DNA of 64,000 nucleotides from a virus: positions 6,389 to 70,388 of IMG/VR virus record IMGVR_UViG_3300012923_000001; one strand, 5' to 3'. Position numbers and translations under genes: made by a program. The notes beneath the pieces were generated by a model. It searched no databases. It had not been told where the DNA came from and saw only the letters and a program-made list of their open reading frames with translations. The stretch's first letter is position 1. Each line of letters begins with the position of its first letter. Positions 59,889-64,000 of this stretch are shown here, piece after piece.

Positions 59889-61166
59889 ATGGCTACCCTA
59901 AATCTCGACAACTATTTGCCAAGCATATTCCGCAAACGTCCCGTCCCTCTTTCTGGCGATATCCCGATTGACGATCCGTCTAATGTCTTAGCGCCCATGC
60001 GAGGGGATGCGCCGGCTAGTGTGAACACTACCGATGCAGGAACAAACCTTGCGGCACCTGTTGACCTAGGCACTGCCGACACGGGAACGACGCGACCTCG
60101 ACGAGTTGAGACTGACGACAAAGGCCGTCCCATAGCCAATACGACGATGACCGGCGATGCTCAGGCCATCGATCTGAATCAACGTGTTCACGCTTACCAT
60201 CCGCAAGCCTCACAAGGTTGGTGGGACAAGTGGGGTAAGGAGATGGTCACTGGAGCGGTCAAGGGACTACGCTATGGGCCGGGAGGAGCATTAGGCGGGG
60301 CGATAGCTGGGGGAGTGCGAGGGGCGACTAATCCTGAGTTGGCAGATGAGCAGTGGAAGGACGAGCAGATCGCATCGTCTGATGCCGATGTTAAGAGGAT
60401 TGCTACTGGGCAACAACTCAAGACGAAGATGGCCCAAGAGGCGGCGGCGACCGATCTAGTTAAGGCCCGAACCGACGCACTGAAACACCCCGTACCTAAA
60501 CCGGGCCATCCAATTCTAACAGACCAAGGCTGGGCACTCCTCGACCCTGTAAGCGGAGTGATGAAGCCGGTAGTCGATCCTAAAACCGGACAGCAAGCCA
60601 AGGGAAAGCCATCTAACGCTAAGGAAGAATGGGTGCATGATCCTCAAGGTATCGCCCACAAGTATGAGAACGGTAAAGACACCGGCCAACTCGATTCGGG
60701 GCGTAACCTGAAAGTCGTACCGGGTTATGGATTGGTTCAGCCGGGGCAGGCGATGAATGCTGACGCTCTTGCCGTTCAACGTGAAGAAGCCCGAACCGAA
60801 AAGGCCGGTCAAGCGAATCTGACTAACGCTCAGTTGGATGCAAATATTAAGTCTGCTCAGGATGAACAGGGCCGGTTAGGGGCTGCTCCTCCAATGACGG
60901 TCGATAAGGTTGACGCACTTGGTAATACGGTCAAAGAACGTAACCCATTTTATGAAGACTGGTCACATCGTTATAACGAGTTGGAAGATCAGAAGCGAAG
61001 ATGGGCGGCAGAGAAGAAGGCCGCACCGACTCTTAAATCTAACGTCTCGCCAACTCCGTCTACGCATCAATTAGTAAAATCTGAATGGCTTAAGTCTCAT
61101 CCTGAAAGTGATTGGCCCAAAGCGGTAAGGACAGCCAAGACCGCAGGCTACACAATTGTTGAATGA
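59889..61166 (+). CDS. Putative internal virion/ejection protein
   Basis: Glycine zipper GPGGALGGAIAGG, coiled coils, P/Q/K-rich; TATAGT 8 nt upstream. Confidence 0.55.
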   Translation: MATLNLDNYLPSIFRKRPVPLSGDIPIDDPSNVLAPMRGDAPASVNTTDAGTNLAAPVDLGTADTGTTRPRRVETDDKGRPIANTTMTGDAQAIDLNQRVHAYHPQASQGWWDKWGKEMVTGAVKGLRYGPGGALGGAIAGGVRGATNPELADEQWKDEQIASSDADVKRIATGQQLKTKMAQEAAATDLVKARTDALKHPVPKPGHPILTDQGWALLDPVSGVMKPVVDPKTGQQAKGKPSNAKEEWVHDPQGIAHKYENGKDTGQLDSGRNLKVVPGYGLVQPGQAMNADALAVQREEARTEKAGQANLTNAQLDANIKSAQDEQGRLGAAPPMTVDKVDALGNTVKERNPFYEDWSHRYNELEDQKRRWAAEKKAAPTLKSNVSPTPSTHQLVKSEWLKSHPESDWPKAVRTAKTAGYTIVE

Positions 61167-64000
61167 GCACTCAAGAGCAGGATATTCGTCCGTCTCTAAC
61201 TCCGCCGCCGTCTGTAGCGGATGGCGATATTCTTTCTGGCGGGTTAATGTCAAAAATACCCGACATCCTCTCCGGTGGTTTGACACCAAAGCAATCAGAC
61301 GCATCGACGGCATGGAACCTCGATCAGTCTGCTTCAAAGGTGAAAGACTGGTATCGCCAGCAATTTAATGAAGACCTGCCTATTCATGTTTATGGTCTTG
61401 ATGCGGGCCATAAAGCGATGGGATTTAAATATCACGATGCTGTGGACGTAGGACTAGCACCAAGTAGTCCGCGTGGTCGGGCACTCAAAAGTTATCTACA
61501 GTCTGAGGGAATGCCGTTTAGTGCGTGGGATGGCCCGGCTAAGAACAAGGCCGGTCAAGTAATTTCAACTGGGACGCATTTTCATATTGGGCCACCTGGA
61601 TCGCGAACGCGCACAGGGCCGATAGCTCAACCTGATTCAATTCTTAGTGGTGGATTGGTTGCTAAACAAGCATCTGCCGTACTGTCTGAGCCTGACGTTC
61701 TACCTGCTCCGGCGAATCAAGGCGGAACCATTAGACCGCGCACCGTTACGCAACAGCCTAAGTCTTACGATACTCCGTTGTCATCACAAGAAGAGGCGGC
61801 ATTCCAGCAATGGAAACAGCAATACGCGCCAAACGATACAGGTGAAGACTACGATCTTCGCGGCGCATTCAAAGCGGGCTTGACGCCTGATCCCAAAACG
61901 AGCCACTGGCCTGATACTTTTAAGAAGCCAAACCATCCGACGTTTAGCAATGAAAGTCAGTATGCGACCGGGCCCGATGCTGCGAAGGCAGGACGATGGG
62001 AAGGCGACAAGTTTGTTCCGCCGCTTGCAACCGCTCAACCAAATGACATGGAATTCGGCGGCATGTCACCCGCCGAGAAGATGGCTTACACTCGGGCTCA
62101 AAACACTCCCAACGCAATAGACAACTTTTCTCGCATTGCAATGGCCTCGATGGCCGCACAGAGACAGCAAGCGGCGCGTAGGGCGGCACTACAACAGAAG
62201 GTTGCCCAAGCACGGACGGCGATGGCAAAAACTAACCCTTTAGGTAATGTTACTGCCGGCGCGAAAGGTGAAAGCACGCTTGTGCCTGGAATGGGCGGCC
62301 CTCCGGTTCTGCAAACTCCGCATGTGGTGGCGAGGCAGGCAGCGCAGTCACGGCAGACTAAAGCCGAGCAGCAGTTCAATCAGATTATCAGTGAAGAGCA
62401 GAACCGTACGGTACTACCAGGCGATCCATCGCTTGAAGAGAGGATCGCGACCAGGACAGGTCAGCGCGTGCTGACTGTGCGCGATCAGGTACGCCGTCAA
62501 CTCAAAAATGAAGGTACACTTGGGAGAATCGAAACGTGGATGGCCGATCCGTTTGGCCCGTTTACCAAGTCTCGCGAACAGATGACGGAAGAGGATATCA
62601 ACCGCCGAGTTGACGCTATTGCTCAAGCGGGTACGCCTGAAATGCTGGCTGAGCGTAAGGATTGGGGCACACAGCCTGCCGGACTTAGGGCCGTTTTACA
62701 ACCGGCAGCACGCGCAGGAGCGGGCCTCATCAGGACAATAGCAGGATTGAGTGCTTTTGGTGGATTAGCACCGAATGAGGGCAGTGATTATTTGAACGAG
62801 CGCGCGCAATTTCTTGAGCAAGGTACGATTAACAGCCCATTGACACCTGAAGGCAAGGAAATCGTTCGCGGACTGCCTGAAAAGGGTGTAGCTGCGGCCT
62901 TGGATCTGGGTTTCACCGTTACAGAGATTATTGCCCTCAAAAAAGCGACAGGGTTGCCACTCGGACAACTGTTAGCTGCCGAAACCGTACTGAAGACAAA
63001 CAATCTACCAGCGAGCGAGCGAGCACCCAAGGTAGCGTTAGCGTATTTGAATGGCAAAGTCTTAGATACCGAACTATCCCGTCCCGCAAGTGCCGCAATC
63101 TTTGGTGGCCCGACTGCGATACAAAGCGGACTATCTGTTGCTCAAGGTCACATGACGGTTGCGGATGCTCTGCTACAAACCGGAGTCCAGGCCGGAGCGG
63201 GCGCGATTCTCGGTGGTGGCGGTGCTCGTGAACTATCTCGCGGCGCTTTGGAGTATACGGTTAAGAGTCCGCTAACTCCTGAGCCCGTCCGAGACGTAGT
63301 TGCGAACGTAATGGACTATGGCAAGGGATTAGTGAAGTCTGAGGATGGCCGGAATCTTTCCCTGTACGTTGATAAGGACACGGGAAGAGTCTTTGGCAAT
63401 GAACTCACCCCAGATCAGGCTAAGAATTACGATCCAAGTATCGTTACCGGCGAGAAGCGACCAGTTAGAAATACCAACACAGTTTCAGGGACTGAATACG
63501 ATCAGTTAGCACGAGCGTTGAATATCGAGACGAAGACGCCAGCGAAACAGATTGAGGGGCCGCAAGTTGAAACGGCGGTTGAAAAGAATGTAACGCCATT
63601 AGCACAGAGAGGTAGAGATGAAGCACAAATTAACCGCGCGACAGATCAAGAAGATGCGTCCGCTGGTAGTGGAGCGCCGAGAAACGCGGCAGGCATACAA
63701 GAACCTAACGCGAATCAACCAAATGTGCTACGAGCGAGAAGTGGACAGGGAGATGTTGAGCCAACTGTTTGGGTTGCCCCAGAAGCTGTCGCTAGTGCAG
63801 CGGATATATCCGAACCCGTTCGGCATGTAGACCTTCAACCCCGAACCCCAGAAGGCCAGTTCGACGAAGAAACTCCCGCACAGGCCGAAGCGCGAAGACA
63901 ACAAGTAGCGTCTAGTGCCGTCCCTCAGCCTGATCTAAGCACTCAGGCTTCCCAGTCCGGGGCTTCTATTCCTTTTATGGTAACTCGCTCTATGCGAGCA
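61163..64000 (+). CDS. Large multidomain internal virion protein, 3'-truncated (absent from the ORF track because it has no stop)
   Basis: ATGA overlap; frame open at all spot checks through to SIPFMVTRSMRA; H..AVDV...HFHIG and HWPDTFKKPNHPTFSNESQY motifs. Confidence 0.75.
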   Translation, partial: MSTQEQDIRPSLTPPPSVADGDILSGGLMSKIPDILSGGLTPKQSDASTAWNLDQSASKVKDWYRQQFNEDLPIHVYGLDAGHKAMGFKYHDAVDVGLAPSSPRGRALKSYLQSEGMPFSAWDGPAKNKAGQVISTGTHFHIGPPGSRTRTGPIAQPDSILSGGLVAKQASAVLSEPDVLPAPANQGGTIRPRTVTQQPKSYDTPLSSQEEAAFQQWKQQYAPNDTGEDYDLRGAFKAGLTPDPKTSHWPDTFKKPNHPTFSNESQYATGPDAAKAGRWEGDKFVPPLATAQPNDMEFGGMSPAEKMAYTRAQNTPNAIDNFSRIAMASMAAQRQQAARRAALQQKVAQARTAMAKTNPLGNVTAGAKGESTLVPGMGGPPVLQTPHVVARQAAQSRQTKAEQQFNQIISEEQNRTVLPGDPSLEERIATRTGQRVLTVRDQVRRQLKNEGTLGRIETWMADPFGPFTKSREQMTEEDINRRVDAIAQAGTPEMLAERKDWGTQPAGLRAVLQPAARAGAGLIRTIAGLSAFGGLAPNEGSDYLNERAQFLEQGTINSPLTPEGKEIVRGLPEKGVAAALDLGFTVTEIIALKKATGLPLGQLLAAETVLKTNNLPASERAPKVALAYLNGKVLDTELSRPASAAIFGGPTAIQSGLSVAQGHMTVADALLQTGVQAGAGAILGGGGARELSRGALEYTVKSPLTPEPVRDVVANVMDYGKGLVKSEDGRNLSLYVDKDTGRVFGNELTPDQAKNYDPSIVTGEKRPVRNTNTVSGTEYDQLARALNIETKTPAKQIEGPQVETAVEKNVTPLAQRGRDEAQINRATDQEDASAGSGAPRNAAGIQEPNANQPNVLRARSGQGDVEPTVWVAPEAVASAADISEPVRHVDLQPRTPEGQFDEETPAQAEARRQQVASSAVPQPDLSTQASQSGASIPFMVTRSMRA

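Noticed and set aside
61156-63830. Short track ORFs or non-coding DNA at the window end
   Set aside because: They are shadows of one long + ORF from 61163 that has no stop within the window.
1-64000. CRISPR array or Cas system suggested by the Cas4-like gene
   Set aside because: No repeat-spacer array was seen; the nuclease sits with SSB as a typical recombination exonuclease.
1-64000. Stop-codon reassignment
   Set aside because: Long genes are intact under the standard code and all three stop codons terminate genes.

Overview
The window is a large part of a tailed dsDNA phage or prophage genome, probably podovirus-like: no tape-measure, sheath or long tail-tube gene is recognisable. The + strand from 1 to ~29.5 kb holds the end of the large terminase, portal, scaffold, major capsid, head-tail and nozzle genes, fibre/spike genes, a metalloprotease and membrane (lysis-like) genes, interrupted by three antisense HNH cassettes. 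From ~29.5 to 34 kb is a mixed-strand accessory island that includes a Tad1 sponge. From ~34 to 57.6 kb is a - strand early arm (DNA methyltransferase, TOPRIM protein, RNase HI, SSB, Cas4-like and DEDDh exonucleases, many small ORFs). A divergent promoter switch follows at 57.63-57.70 kb, then two internal-virion-like genes, the last running off the window. No integrase, DNA polymerase, helicase/primase or clear endolysin is visible. The best novelty candidate is a ~450-nt ORF-free structured RNA directly upstream of RNase HI, paired with a divergent small RNA complementary to its first 11 nt, suggesting a ColE1-like RNA-primed origin. Other candidates are Sec signal peptides on fibre/spike proteins, antisense HNH cassettes with open opposite frames and recoded target duplications, a two-T-arm tRNA-like RNA, three nested membrane microproteins and two kissing-loop leaders. 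All family calls come from motif recognition by eye; no searches or folding were run.
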